Origin: a virus
Virus record (IMG/VR): IMGVR_UViG_3300042691_005581
Location: 1 to 64,000 of that record
Length of the DNA: 64,000 nucleotides
Direction: 5' to 3' (one strand)
In this document: positions 39,689 to 48,669 of the stretch, piece by piece
How the letters are laid out: every line of letters begins with the position of its first letter
How positions within the stretch are numbered: position 1 is the first letter of the stretch
The notes under the pieces: model-generated
Told to the model about the DNA's origin: nothing
Database searches by the model: none
What the model saw: the letters and a program-made list of their open reading frames with translations, nothing else
Made by a program: the position numbers and the translations under genes

Positions 39689-40128
39689 TATACGCCCTTA
39701 CTGCTGGCTTTTAACATCCATCCATGCTTTCGATGTGCATCAATTCTGCTGGCTAGAAAATCGCTAAAACCTGCTTCCTTATATTTTTCAGATAATTCAA
39801 AGATAAGTTTGTAAATGTTAACTAGTTTTTCATTGTCTTCGATTAATTCCGCTAGCATTCTTTCTTTTGGTGCTACTTCGACTGCATCGTCAATTTGGCT
39901 CAACATGTTAAATCGTGAAAGACTACCCGGAACATATGTATCTAATGCTCTAATTTGTTCAGCATATACGTCGATACTTTCAAATACTTCTTCGTAGATG
40001 CCGCCGAATAAATCGTGATACTGCTTAAAATCACTGCCTTCTACGTTCCAGTGAAAGTAATGCGCCTTTAAGTAAAAACTAAAAGAACTAGCGAATCCTA
40101 CTTTAGCAGCTTGTTTTAAATCTTCCAT
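39688..40128 (-). CDS. dps: Dps-family ferritin-like protein
   Basis: KAHYFHWNVEG.DF...H.LF..IYEE...D..AEQIRAL; H.KH.WML; probable ATG at 40128. Confidence 0.92.
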   Translation of the reverse strand: MEDLKQAAKVGFASSFSFYLKAHYFHWNVEGSDFKQYHDLFGGIYEEVFESIDVYAEQIRALDTYVPGSLSRFNMLSQIDDAVEVAPKERMLAELIEDNEKLVNIYKLIFELSEKYKEAGFSDFLASRIDAHRKHGWMLKASSKGV

Positions 40129-40146
40129 TTTATAATCCAATGTAGT

Positions 40147-42297
40147 TTATTTATTTTCTAAACGTTTAATAAGATTTTCCATTTGCGATTCTATAGATTC
40201 ATTTAATGGTAAAAATTTTGATTCGTTTAATGATACAATGGGTACTCTCTTAATCATAAACTTCTCAAGTAGATCAAAGTATTCATATCTTTTGTGTTCT
40301 GCAACAATTCTTTTATCCGGAGAAACTCCGCTAGATCGTTTAAACGCGGTTTTGTCTTTGTTGATCAATGCTTGTTTTAACTCTTTGTCATGTCTATAGT
40401 AAGGTGTTGCAACTTTTGTAACTTTATCAAAATTAAAATATCCGTGCTTACCGTCATGCCCGTTATTTTTAAGTATTTCTTTAAAAATGTGATCATGTCT
40501 TGTGCAAACTACTAGTTCTATATCTCCGTATTTCTTATAAGCCTTAACAGCCAACGCTAACCAATCATCTACTATTTCTAAATGTTCTTTTACCCTAGGC
40601 ATAGCAGTTTCAAGACATACTAATTTAACTTCGTGCGGTAGTGGATTCTTAGGATCTTTTTTGACTTTGTTAGTGCCAACCATCCAGTATTTTGTTTTTG
40701 CAGCAACTTTCCATCCATCTATACTGTCCTTATCAGGAGGATTGTATTTGTCGAATACAATAGATACTTTTGGATCTACACTTTCCGATATAGGCTGCAC
40801 TGCTGTTGGTAATCCAGGCTTAGGTGCAGAGTTAGTTTTTGCTGATGGTAAAAACTTTTTAATAGATTTTTTAGTTAATGGTCCGAGATAGCCATCGATG
40901 TCTAAATTAGCACCAAATTTATCGTTCAACATCTGTTGAATTTGTCGAACTATAGGATCGTTGGGTTTGTTGCGTTCTTCTACTTTATCGTGTATCTCAG
41001 GCTGTTCATGACCCCCACCGATCTCTTTATATCGCATTTTCAATCTATCTAATTTCTGCTTCAGCCCTATTAGTTCTTTCTTATCGTATGGAATTATTAC
41101 CATATCACTGTCACCTTGACCGTACTCATGTGGATCATCGGTGCCTAGTGTAGGATAATGCTGTCCTAACTTGTACCAATCTAAATCACCCGGGGTATCA
41201 ATGACTAATGAATTCTTAGGAGTTGTCAGTAGATCTTTCTGATATCCTTTTGGATCTGGCTCTACTGCTCTGCCTTCTGCTATCTTTTTTTCATCGTTAG
41301 CAAACTGCTTCTTAGTTGCCTTAATAATACCTGAAAATCGTTTATTACCTCGAGCATAGTCGCCTTCTGCATCTGCCTTCCTGGCATCGGCCCCTGCTGC
41401 TTTTTTATATCTTGCTAGTGTATCGTTAGACAACTCTGCAAGGTTAAATGCTTTTAGATTTTTTTCTACTTGTCCTGGTCGTACATCTTTAGTCAGGCTT
41501 GTGCTATAACGAGGATCCTTTGCTTGCTTTTTACTGGCAATAACACCAACACCGGCAGCCTCTTCACCTACGGCAGATTTCTTGCCTTTACTTGCAGGCA
41601 CAGCAGCCATACGTTGTTTAGCTTTAAGCATGAGGTCTTTAACTTCCTCATCACTTAAATTATCAGGCATATCTCTACGCCATACTGCAAATTGTTCTTC
41701 TTCACTCTTGCTAGGATCTAGCAACACTTGGCGCATCGGAGTAGCTCTAGGACCTTCTTGATATTCCGGCCCACCCTTTACACTGCTAGGTTCTGTTGTA
41801 TCTTGTCTAGAAATAATTTCTAAATCTGTTAATCCTGCTCGCTGATATGGAGGAACACCGGACTTATCAGGTCTAGTTAAAAAGCTAAAAGATGCCTTTT
41901 CTTGTTCTCCTACAATTAGGATAACCTTACTAAACCCTTCTCCAGCAATTTTAGCCAACACTTTATCTAATGTACTAGCATCTGGAGTGGCCACACTAAA
42001 CACTTCTGCATTTTGAGGAAATACCTTACGATATGTTGCTAGTTTTTCTTCGGGCGATAACGGATCATCTTTAGTCTTTGTAAATGTAGGTTTGTCGGTC
42101 CATGGTTGACCTGTTGCAGGATCTACAAGACTAGTCCTTGATACTACAAAAAACGGTTTAGCATTTTGTTGTTGTGCATGGTGTATGACAGCCTTAGCTA
42201 ATAACATATGACCTTTATGTCCCATCCCACGGCCCCATCCTAACACTGCGGTTTTACCGTTGACTGATATTTCTTCAAATAAATTCTTTAATAGCAT
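40147..42297 (-). CDS. Multidomain protein: HxGH nucleotidyltransferase (cytidylyltransferase/NMNAT-like) plus short modules plus a peptidoglycan-binding domain
   Basis: GWGRGMGHKGH, RATPMR; VRQIQQML...LDIDGYLGPLTKKSIKKF (PG_binding_1-like); probable start MLLKNLFEE at 42297 with AGGA RBS. Confidence 0.7.
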   Translation of the reverse strand: MLLKNLFEEISVNGKTAVLGWGRGMGHKGHMLLAKAVIHHAQQQNAKPFFVVSRTSLVDPATGQPWTDKPTFTKTKDDPLSPEEKLATYRKVFPQNAEVFSVATPDASTLDKVLAKIAGEGFSKVILIVGEQEKASFSFLTRPDKSGVPPYQRAGLTDLEIISRQDTTEPSSVKGGPEYQEGPRATPMRQVLLDPSKSEEEQFAVWRRDMPDNLSDEEVKDLMLKAKQRMAAVPASKGKKSAVGEEAAGVGVIASKKQAKDPRYSTSLTKDVRPGQVEKNLKAFNLAELSNDTLARYKKAAGADARKADAEGDYARGNKRFSGIIKATKKQFANDEKKIAEGRAVEPDPKGYQKDLLTTPKNSLVIDTPGDLDWYKLGQHYPTLGTDDPHEYGQGDSDMVIIPYDKKELIGLKQKLDRLKMRYKEIGGGHEQPEIHDKVEERNKPNDPIVRQIQQMLNDKFGANLDIDGYLGPLTKKSIKKFLPSAKTNSAPKPGLPTAVQPISESVDPKVSIVFDKYNPPDKDSIDGWKVAAKTKYWMVGTNKVKKDPKNPLPHEVKLVCLETAMPRVKEHLEIVDDWLALAVKAYKKYGDIELVVCTRHDHIFKEILKNNGHDGKHGYFNFDKVTKVATPYYRHDKELKQALINKDKTAFKRSSGVSPDKRIVAEHKRYEYFDLLEKFMIKRVPIVSLNESKFLPLNESIESQMENLIKRLENK

Positions 42298-42298
42298 G

Positions 42299-43435
42299 TT
42301 AGTCTTTCCTCGGTGCCCATGTTCCTTGATCAATTGCTTTTACAAATTGACCTGGCAAATCTTTCTTAAACTGCCCACCTGGATGTGCTTGCACATAACC
42401 TTCAGGTTTTGTTTGTCTAATACCACCGTGCGTTCCTGCACTTAATCGTTTAATCAGGTCACTCTTAGCTAAACTTAATTTTTCTACAGAAGTTAATATA
42501 GTGTCTAATGCAGGGTCGTTGATAATCTTAGCTGCTTGCCCGCTAGATAAATTTTGTGCTGCCCAATCTTTAAACTTTTCTTTAACTCCTGCAACTCTTA
42601 AGTTCTGATTAAAAAATTTGTAGAGAACATCGCCCGGCTTACTTAATCCTGGTTTAGGAGATAGAAAGTTATCAATTGCAGCAGCATTAGTTTCTATGTA
42701 TCCTTGTGCGTCGTCGATCAATCGATCATCGATTCCTGGTGCTTCACTTACGTGTGTAGTTCCCTGCACAATAACATCCGGAGTGCTGAGACTTTCAGCA
42801 TTAGGGTATCGACCTTCTTCACTACTGCCTAGTGTATCATAATAGCCTGTAACAGCTACCATTACTTTGGCCTTTGATATCTGTGTTCCTAATTCTGATT
42901 TTCTAGGTATGTGAAAACTAGTAATGTTTGGAGTGAAATCGTATTCACCTGTCTTTGGGTTTAATACTGCGGGTTTACTAGGATAAAATAATAATCCGCC
43001 TTCTACATATCCCTTACGAGGACTTACTTTTTCAAAATAGGGCCATAAATCCATCAGTTCCTGAGCATACGCTGTTCTTTGTGCAGCTTGCTCATCACTA
43101 CCTGGTTTACCTGTGCCTAAGATAAAGTTTTTAATATCTTCGGGACTATACATAACAGTCTTAACGCCGTTGTCTAATTCTGTTTTGCCTCGCTTGAGAT
43201 ATTCCCATGCATTCTTTGGAAACATACTGAATCGGCCCTGCTGATCTCGCCCCCAGTATACAACTGGACTTCCGTCCCATTTTAATTCAATAGTTCCGCC
43301 CTGTCCGGCCATACTTCGTAACCTCTCAGCGGCATGAACACCACCGTCACTACCATTAGTAAACACCAAGTCTTCGATATGCTGATACTTTCGACCTACT
43401 GCGGCTGCTTCTGATAATAGTTCACGTATTTTCAT
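42299..43435 (-). CDS. RNA/DNA ligase-fold (KxDG) nucleotidyltransferase
   Basis: Motif I LKWDGSP, III VEGGLLF, IV PEGYV, V FVKAID; MKIRELLSE N-terminus. Confidence 0.65.
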   Translation of the reverse strand: MKIRELLSEAAAVGRKYQHIEDLVFTNGSDGGVHAAERLRSMAGQGGTIELKWDGSPVVYWGRDQQGRFSMFPKNAWEYLKRGKTELDNGVKTVMYSPEDIKNFILGTGKPGSDEQAAQRTAYAQELMDLWPYFEKVSPRKGYVEGGLLFYPSKPAVLNPKTGEYDFTPNITSFHIPRKSELGTQISKAKVMVAVTGYYDTLGSSEEGRYPNAESLSTPDVIVQGTTHVSEAPGIDDRLIDDAQGYIETNAAAIDNFLSPKPGLSKPGDVLYKFFNQNLRVAGVKEKFKDWAAQNLSSGQAAKIINDPALDTILTSVEKLSLAKSDLIKRLSAGTHGGIRQTKPEGYVQAHPGGQFKKDLPGQFVKAIDQGTWAPRKD

Positions 43436-44307
43436 TTAACTTGATCCATCATTTGTCTAAACCATTCACGTGAACCGGGTGTGTAACTTTCTTTTAGTCT
43501 ATACTGAGTTTTATATTTTACTAAACCGTCGTTGACTTTGGCAACAACATCATTGTACTTGTCGGGATGTGATTGTTTGAACTTAGCTAATATTGCATTG
43601 ATGTTGTCTAGATCAGATGCGCTTGCTTTACCGCCAAACAATGCTTTACTGATAGCATCTGGATCTTGCGGATTGCTATCCGGTATAACTGCTCCACCTG
43701 TACTTCTGCTTACCAATCCTGCTTTGTAACTCCACATCCAATCTGGATTGATAGCCTTTGCAATTTCAGTTTTTAGAATGTGTCTATACGCACCTTTGGC
43801 TCTTGCATCTTTAGGCATACCGGGTTCGTTTGGTTCTCCGCGCTTACTCCACTGAGTAAATTTGCCCTTACCTGGTTCCGCAATATCTAAATCAATTTGG
43901 AACCATTCTTCGCCGCCGGGTATTTGCACACATGCAGTTAGACCGTCACCGGATATTTTATAATATTTGTTAGGTTGCGATACAAATGATTTTTTAGGTA
44001 ACTCTTGATAACCTGCTTTTTGTAATTTTTGTGCTAGCCATGCACGTAATTGATTTTGTACTTCTTTGGGATCTTGTACTCTATTATCAACTTTGAGATA
44101 ATCAGTGGGATCCAATATAGTATCACCATCTCCAGTTTCTGCATTAGGATATATTGCAGATCCTGCAAGATGCTTCATAAGATCTATTCCTAATTCTCTG
44201 CCCAACGCTTGAACAGCAGATTGTACATCATCAGTAGATGCATTTTGTTTAGTAGCATTAGTACCATCTTGGTACTTAAATTCGTTGCCGCCTTCTAACA
44301 GTATCAT
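43432..44307 (-). CDS. Pol-beta-superfamily nucleotidyltransferase
   Basis: LAGS-x8-GDGDT plus distal FQIDLD; MILLE N-terminus. Confidence 0.6.
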   Translation of the reverse strand: MILLEGGNEFKYQDGTNATKQNASTDDVQSAVQALGRELGIDLMKHLAGSAIYPNAETGDGDTILDPTDYLKVDNRVQDPKEVQNQLRAWLAQKLQKAGYQELPKKSFVSQPNKYYKISGDGLTACVQIPGGEEWFQIDLDIAEPGKGKFTQWSKRGEPNEPGMPKDARAKGAYRHILKTEIAKAINPDWMWSYKAGLVSRSTGGAVIPDSNPQDPDAISKALFGGKASASDLDNINAILAKFKQSHPDKYNDVVAKVNDGLVKYKTQYRLKESYTPGSREWFRQMMDQVK

Positions 44308-44699
44308 ACCTTGTATTCCCCTACTTGATAGATGTTTTCTTGAAATTCTTCTATAAATTTGTCAGAAATTTGCTGGCACAGACCGTCTTTTAATTCTTGA
44401 TCAAATAACGATTTGGGATTATCTTTTAATTTTTCTTTTTTATGATATAAACTGCATCCTTTGGCTACCATAGGTGCCCACATTTTAGAAAATCTTTCTT
44501 TGTTAAAATCTGCAGATGTTATAGTATCTTTTAATTGCGCCACAAAAGGAAGAACAAATTCTTTGTGTAATGCATCATTGTCTAATATAAACCAAAATAC
44601 TTCGTCTGAAAGTTTTTGTTTATCAATATTAGACGTGCCTATTTTCTTAGGTTTGTTGTTTTTGTCTATAGGTACGTTAAAAAATTCAAATAGTTTCAT
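44304..44699 (-). CDS. Hypothetical protein
   Basis: MKLFE N-terminus; coupled to the NTase gene. Confidence 0.6.
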   Translation of the reverse strand: MKLFEFFNVPIDKNNKPKKIGTSNIDKQKLSDEVFWFILDNDALHKEFVLPFVAQLKDTITSADFNKERFSKMWAPMVAKGCSLYHKKEKLKDNPKSLFDQELKDGLCQQISDKFIEEFQENIYQVGEYKV

Positions 44700-44714
44700 A
44701 GTATTACCAGGCGT

Positions 44715-44795
44715 TTATGACAAATATTTTGCCTTCAAATCCAATGTAACTCTGTAATAAATGTTTTTGTTATTCAACAGATCGTGGATCTTCAT
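44715..44795 (-). CDS. 26-aa ORF MKIHDLLNNKNIYYRVTLDLKAKYLS (not in ORF track; possibly a gene remnant)
   Basis: Strong GGAGAG RBS, late promoter upstream, capsid-targeting-like start. Confidence 0.45.
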   Translation of the reverse strand: MKIHDLLNNKNIYYRVTLDLKAKYLS

Positions 44796-44797
44796 AA

Positions 44798-44821
44798 AAA
44801 TACTCTCCATGGAGTATTTAT
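44798..44821 (-). promoter_or_regulatory. Late-type promoter inside an RBS-sequestering hairpin
   Basis: AAATACTC/GAGTATTT 8-bp stem; ATAAATA at 44815-44821 forms part of the 5' arm; GGAGAG spans the loop and 3' arm. Confidence 0.65.
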
Positions 44822-44842
44822 GTAGTTTTAATCAATTGATAA

Positions 44843-45262
44843 TTATCGGTTATAGTTGATAACCAGCACTACACCGTTTTGACCTATAGTAGGTCTTTCA
44901 ACAACAGCTCTAACCCATACAAAATTCCCCGTAAAATTTGCATAGCTGTTTATTGGTGTAGAAAGCAATTGTGAATAAGTGGCTGTAGTATTGACTATAT
45001 TAAACCAATCTTCACTGGTGGGTGTTGTTGCAAGACTGCCCTGCATATAAATTGAACCGGAAAAATTTTGGTCCACTGAATAGGTAACAGTATGAATGCC
45101 GTCTCCACTTCCGAAATATCCATCGCCCTTTTGTGGCAGACTGAGAAATACACCAGACGGAATAGGTCCAGTATTGGCAGTAGCGGTACTGGGAATTGAA
45201 ACACTGGTGCTAACAGTACCAGTGTTGATCACAAATAGAAATTGTTGGCTTAGATTGGGCAT
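44843..45262 (-). CDS. Beta-rich probable virion protein
   Basis: ATAAATA 4 nt before the ATG; F.G.I..QGSLA..P...DWF.I and NFTGNFVWVRA motifs. Confidence 0.55.
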   Translation of the reverse strand: MPNLSQQFLFVINTGTVSTSVSIPSTATANTGPIPSGVFLSLPQKGDGYFGSGDGIHTVTYSVDQNFSGSIYMQGSLATTPTSEDWFNIVNTTATYSQLLSTPINSYANFTGNFVWVRAVVERPTIGQNGVVLVINYNR

Positions 45263-45933
45263 GAAGTATTTATCTTAGATCTAGGAATAAATTCTTCTAC
45301 TTTGCTAACATTGTTGCCTAAATATAAACCGCACATGCTAAGACTATGCTGATCTTTTGCATAAAAAAACGGATCTTGAATCCAATGTTTTTCGTGTTTT
45401 AACCATTTACTTGTATTATTTGCAATATCGTACCGGTCTCCGTACCTTAACAACCATTCTAAAAATCTCACACGATTGTCTATACTCATCTTGGTTTTAA
45501 GATAAACTTTGTATTGATACTGCCCTTTGGGTAACTGATTACAAATTACTTTCTTGTTATGACTAACTAGAAATTCTAATTCTTCTGTACTACTAGGCTC
45601 AGTAACAATAGTCACCCATTTTTTCATAGACTTAATGATCTTTTCAGAAAGTGCAGCATCTTTAACAAATATATTGAAGTGAGAACCTTCTCCTCTTACT
45701 CGAATTTCTTGATTTTCATAAGGTTGAAAAGCTAATGCAAATTCACCAATGTCAGATTTGTTAGCATCTCGCCAATACCAAGCGTTCCAACTTTTGTTAG
45801 ATTTGTCATCAGCCCATGCAAGAGTTTCGTTAACTCCTACTCTTGCAATGGACCCAGACTTTTTAAGAACACATTCTATTTTAATAGGCCATTTATTGTA
45901 AAATAGCTTACGTGTTTTCTGTCGCTGCATCAT
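45250..45933 (-). CDS. Hypothetical protein
   Basis: Coupled to clpA. Confidence 0.6.
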   Translation of the reverse strand: MMQRQKTRKLFYNKWPIKIECVLKKSGSIARVGVNETLAWADDKSNKSWNAWYWRDANKSDIGEFALAFQPYENQEIRVRGEGSHFNIFVKDAALSEKIIKSMKKWVTIVTEPSSTEELEFLVSHNKKVICNQLPKGQYQYKVYLKTKMSIDNRVRFLEWLLRYGDRYDIANNTSKWLKHEKHWIQDPFFYAKDQHSLSMCGLYLGNNVSKVEEFIPRSKINTSCPI

Positions 45934-48175
45934 TAATCTCTTTGATTGGCAATACTTCTATGTAGTTGAGTTTGAGGTTATTATTTTCCACAGTGATCTC
46001 AACTACTCCGCCATTGACTAATTTACCAAATAAGATTTCTTTACTGAGAGGTTTCTTAATATGTTCGTCAATGGTACGTTGCAACGGGCGAGCACCCATT
46101 TTCTTATCAAATCCTTTGGAAATTAAAAATTCAACAGCTTCGACAGATGGTTTAACTGCAACATTTTTATCTTTGAGAAGGCCGTTAAGTTCATCCACAA
46201 ATTTCTTAACAATTTTAATCATTGTCTGTTGATCAAGTTTTCCAAATCTAACAATGCCGTCCAAGCGATTGCGGAACTCAGGAGCAAAGAACTTGTTAAC
46301 AGCATCTTTAGGATCACCATCACGTTCCAAACTACCAAAACCTACACCATTCTTTTCAGCATCGGCGGCACCTAAGTTACTGGTCATGATGACAATAGCG
46401 TTACGACCGTCAGCTTTTTTACCATTGCTGCCAGTTACAAATCCATTGTCCATTAGCTGAAGCATCACGGTGAGCACACTAGGATGCGCTTTTTCTACTT
46501 CGTCTAACAATAGAACACAGTTAGGATGTTCTTGCAATTTAGTAATAAGTTGTCCAGCATTGTCGTCGAATCCCACATATCCTGGAGGACTTCCTAACAA
46601 TTTTGATACACTGTGCTGTTCTTGATATTCGCTCATATCAAATCTTACAAGCTCAACACTTAGTCCTACTGCAAGTTGTTTAGCAACTTCAGTTTTACCT
46701 ACACCAGTAGGTCCTACAAATAAGAAATTACCAATTGGTCTATTCAAAGATTTTAATCCTGCCTGTGCAATGAATATCTTATCAAGCAGCATTTCGATAG
46801 CATTTTCTTGACCATAAACTTTGCTTCTCAAATTCTTGTCTAAATCTTTTAAATTTTTACTTTCTTTTGATGCAATCTGATCTAATGGCAATCCTGTTGC
46901 TTTGCTAACTTCGAATAAAATTTCATCGTGGTCAACAATGCCGTTTTCCTCGTCTTTAATTTTAAAACGAGCACTTGCACAATCAATAAGATCGATTGCT
47001 TTGTCGGGCAATTTTTTATCAGTCATGTATTTGACACTGTATTTTACAGCATCTACTACAGCCTGCTTGGTGATTTTAACACCGTGATGTTTTTCGTAAT
47101 ATTTCTTTAGACCCATTAGGATTTTAATGGAAGTAGCTTCGTCTGGTTCTCCTATAACCACACGTTGGAATCGACGCATCAATGCGCGATCTTTTTCAAA
47201 GTGTTTGCGGAATTCTTCCCAGGTAGTTGATGCAATAACTTTAATAGTGCCCTTGCCTAACGCTGGCTTCAACATGTTACTCATGTCATTACTGCCGCCA
47301 CCTACTGCACCTGCACCACTCATCATATGAGCTTCATCGATGAATAAGATACAATTCTTTTTCTTTTCAAGAGCACTAACAACCATTTTTAGTCGCTCTT
47401 CAAAGTCTCCTCGATATTTACTACCGGCTAGCATAGCACTGATATCGAGATTGTAAACTGTATGCCCTTGAATAAATTTAGGCACATTGCCTTCTTCAAT
47501 TTTTCTAGCAATGCCTTCGGCGATAGCAGTTTTACCTACGCCCGGATCACCGATCAACATAACATTCGATTTGGTACGGCGAGCCAATACCAATGAGATA
47601 TCTTCAATTTCTTTTTCACGCCCAATAACTGGATCAATTTTCTTTGCCTTAACTTTTGCATTCAAGTTAGTGCAATATTGAACAATAATTTTCTCCAACT
47701 GTCGATTGACTACTTCGTCGGACTCTGCTTCGTCGATTGTATTTTCTTCTTTCGACAAGAAGTCTAAAAATTTATCTCTATCAATTTTGTGTTTTCTCAG
47801 GAAGTAAAATGCATAACTCTTTTTTTCACTAAACATACTGACAAAACAGTCTAACGGTTCAATCTTTGTACGTCCACTAAACAGCACCTGTGTAAATGCT
47901 CTGTTTAGCATACGCTCCATTGCGTGAGTTTTTTTAGGTTTATCTTCGAGATCTGGATTAATAATGTCGAGTAACTCGGTATCAATAAATTGCTTAACTT
48001 CTTTTTTTAGTGTCGACAAGTCGGTACCAAAGCTCTTTAAAATTTCTGAGAATTTTTCATCGTCCAACAAACTGTGAAGAAAGTGCTCTAGCGTTAAGTA
48101 TTCGTGATTTCGATCGGCAGCAGCCAACACAGCTTTTTCAAAAATAGCAGCTAGGCTCTTATCTGGTTCCAACAT
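45908..48175 (-). CDS. clpA: ATP-dependent Clp protease ATP-binding subunit ClpA
   Basis: HEYLTLEH N-domain, GDPGVGKT, LFIDEAH, GPTGVGKT, RFDMSEY, LLLDEVEKAH, GVGF ClpP-binding loop, MGARPL. Confidence 0.92.
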   Translation of the reverse strand: MLEPDKSLAAIFEKAVLAAADRNHEYLTLEHFLHSLLDDEKFSEILKSFGTDLSTLKKEVKQFIDTELLDIINPDLEDKPKKTHAMERMLNRAFTQVLFSGRTKIEPLDCFVSMFSEKKSYAFYFLRKHKIDRDKFLDFLSKEENTIDEAESDEVVNRQLEKIIVQYCTNLNAKVKAKKIDPVIGREKEIEDISLVLARRTKSNVMLIGDPGVGKTAIAEGIARKIEEGNVPKFIQGHTVYNLDISAMLAGSKYRGDFEERLKMVVSALEKKKNCILFIDEAHMMSGAGAVGGGSNDMSNMLKPALGKGTIKVIASTTWEEFRKHFEKDRALMRRFQRVVIGEPDEATSIKILMGLKKYYEKHHGVKITKQAVVDAVKYSVKYMTDKKLPDKAIDLIDCASARFKIKDEENGIVDHDEILFEVSKATGLPLDQIASKESKNLKDLDKNLRSKVYGQENAIEMLLDKIFIAQAGLKSLNRPIGNFLFVGPTGVGKTEVAKQLAVGLSVELVRFDMSEYQEQHSVSKLLGSPPGYVGFDDNAGQLITKLQEHPNCVLLLDEVEKAHPSVLTVMLQLMDNGFVTGSNGKKADGRNAIVIMTSNLGAADAEKNGVGFGSLERDGDPKDAVNKFFAPEFRNRLDGIVRFGKLDQQTMIKIVKKFVDELNGLLKDKNVAVKPSVEAVEFLISKGFDKKMGARPLQRTIDEHIKKPLSKEILFGKLVNGGVVEITVENNNLKLNYIEVLPIKEINDAATENT

Positions 48176-48666
48176 TAAAATTTCCTTTTTAGTTTATTTG
48201 ACTTTTTGACGGCCAGGGCCCATTTTAACGGACTTGTTCTATCTTGATAAACTATTCCTTCTAAATGATCTAATTCGTGTAGAAAGCATCTAGCAGTAAG
48301 TCCGTCAAATTCGGCACGTTCCCATTCTCCACTACTGTTTTGCCATCTTGCACTAACAGTAGTAGGTCTCTTAATTTTAGCATAGATTCCAGGAAAACTC
48401 AAGCATCCTTCTTCATCTTCTGTAAAATTTTTAGCCTCTTCAACAACGGGATTAAAAATTCCTATAGCATGACCTGCTTTACCCATAACAAACATTCTGG
48501 CTTTTACGCCGACTTGGTTGGCAGATAATCCAATTCCGTTGTTATTGACCATAACATCGATCATGTCTTGCTCTAATTGTTTTGGATCCACTACAGGATT
48601 GCCGAAATCAAATTCTGGCATTTGTTCTCTAAGGATAGTATTGGGAAATTTTGTAATAGATAACAT
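48175..48666 (-). CDS. def: Peptide deformylase
   Basis: GIGLSANQVG, EGCLSFP, HELDHLEG. Confidence 0.95.
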   Translation of the reverse strand: MLSITKFPNTILREQMPEFDFGNPVVDPKQLEQDMIDVMVNNNGIGLSANQVGVKARMFVMGKAGHAIGIFNPVVEEAKNFTEDEEGCLSFPGIYAKIKRPTTVSARWQNSSGEWERAEFDGLTARCFLHELDHLEGIVYQDRTSPLKWALAVKKSNKLKRKF

Positions 48667-48669
48667 AGT

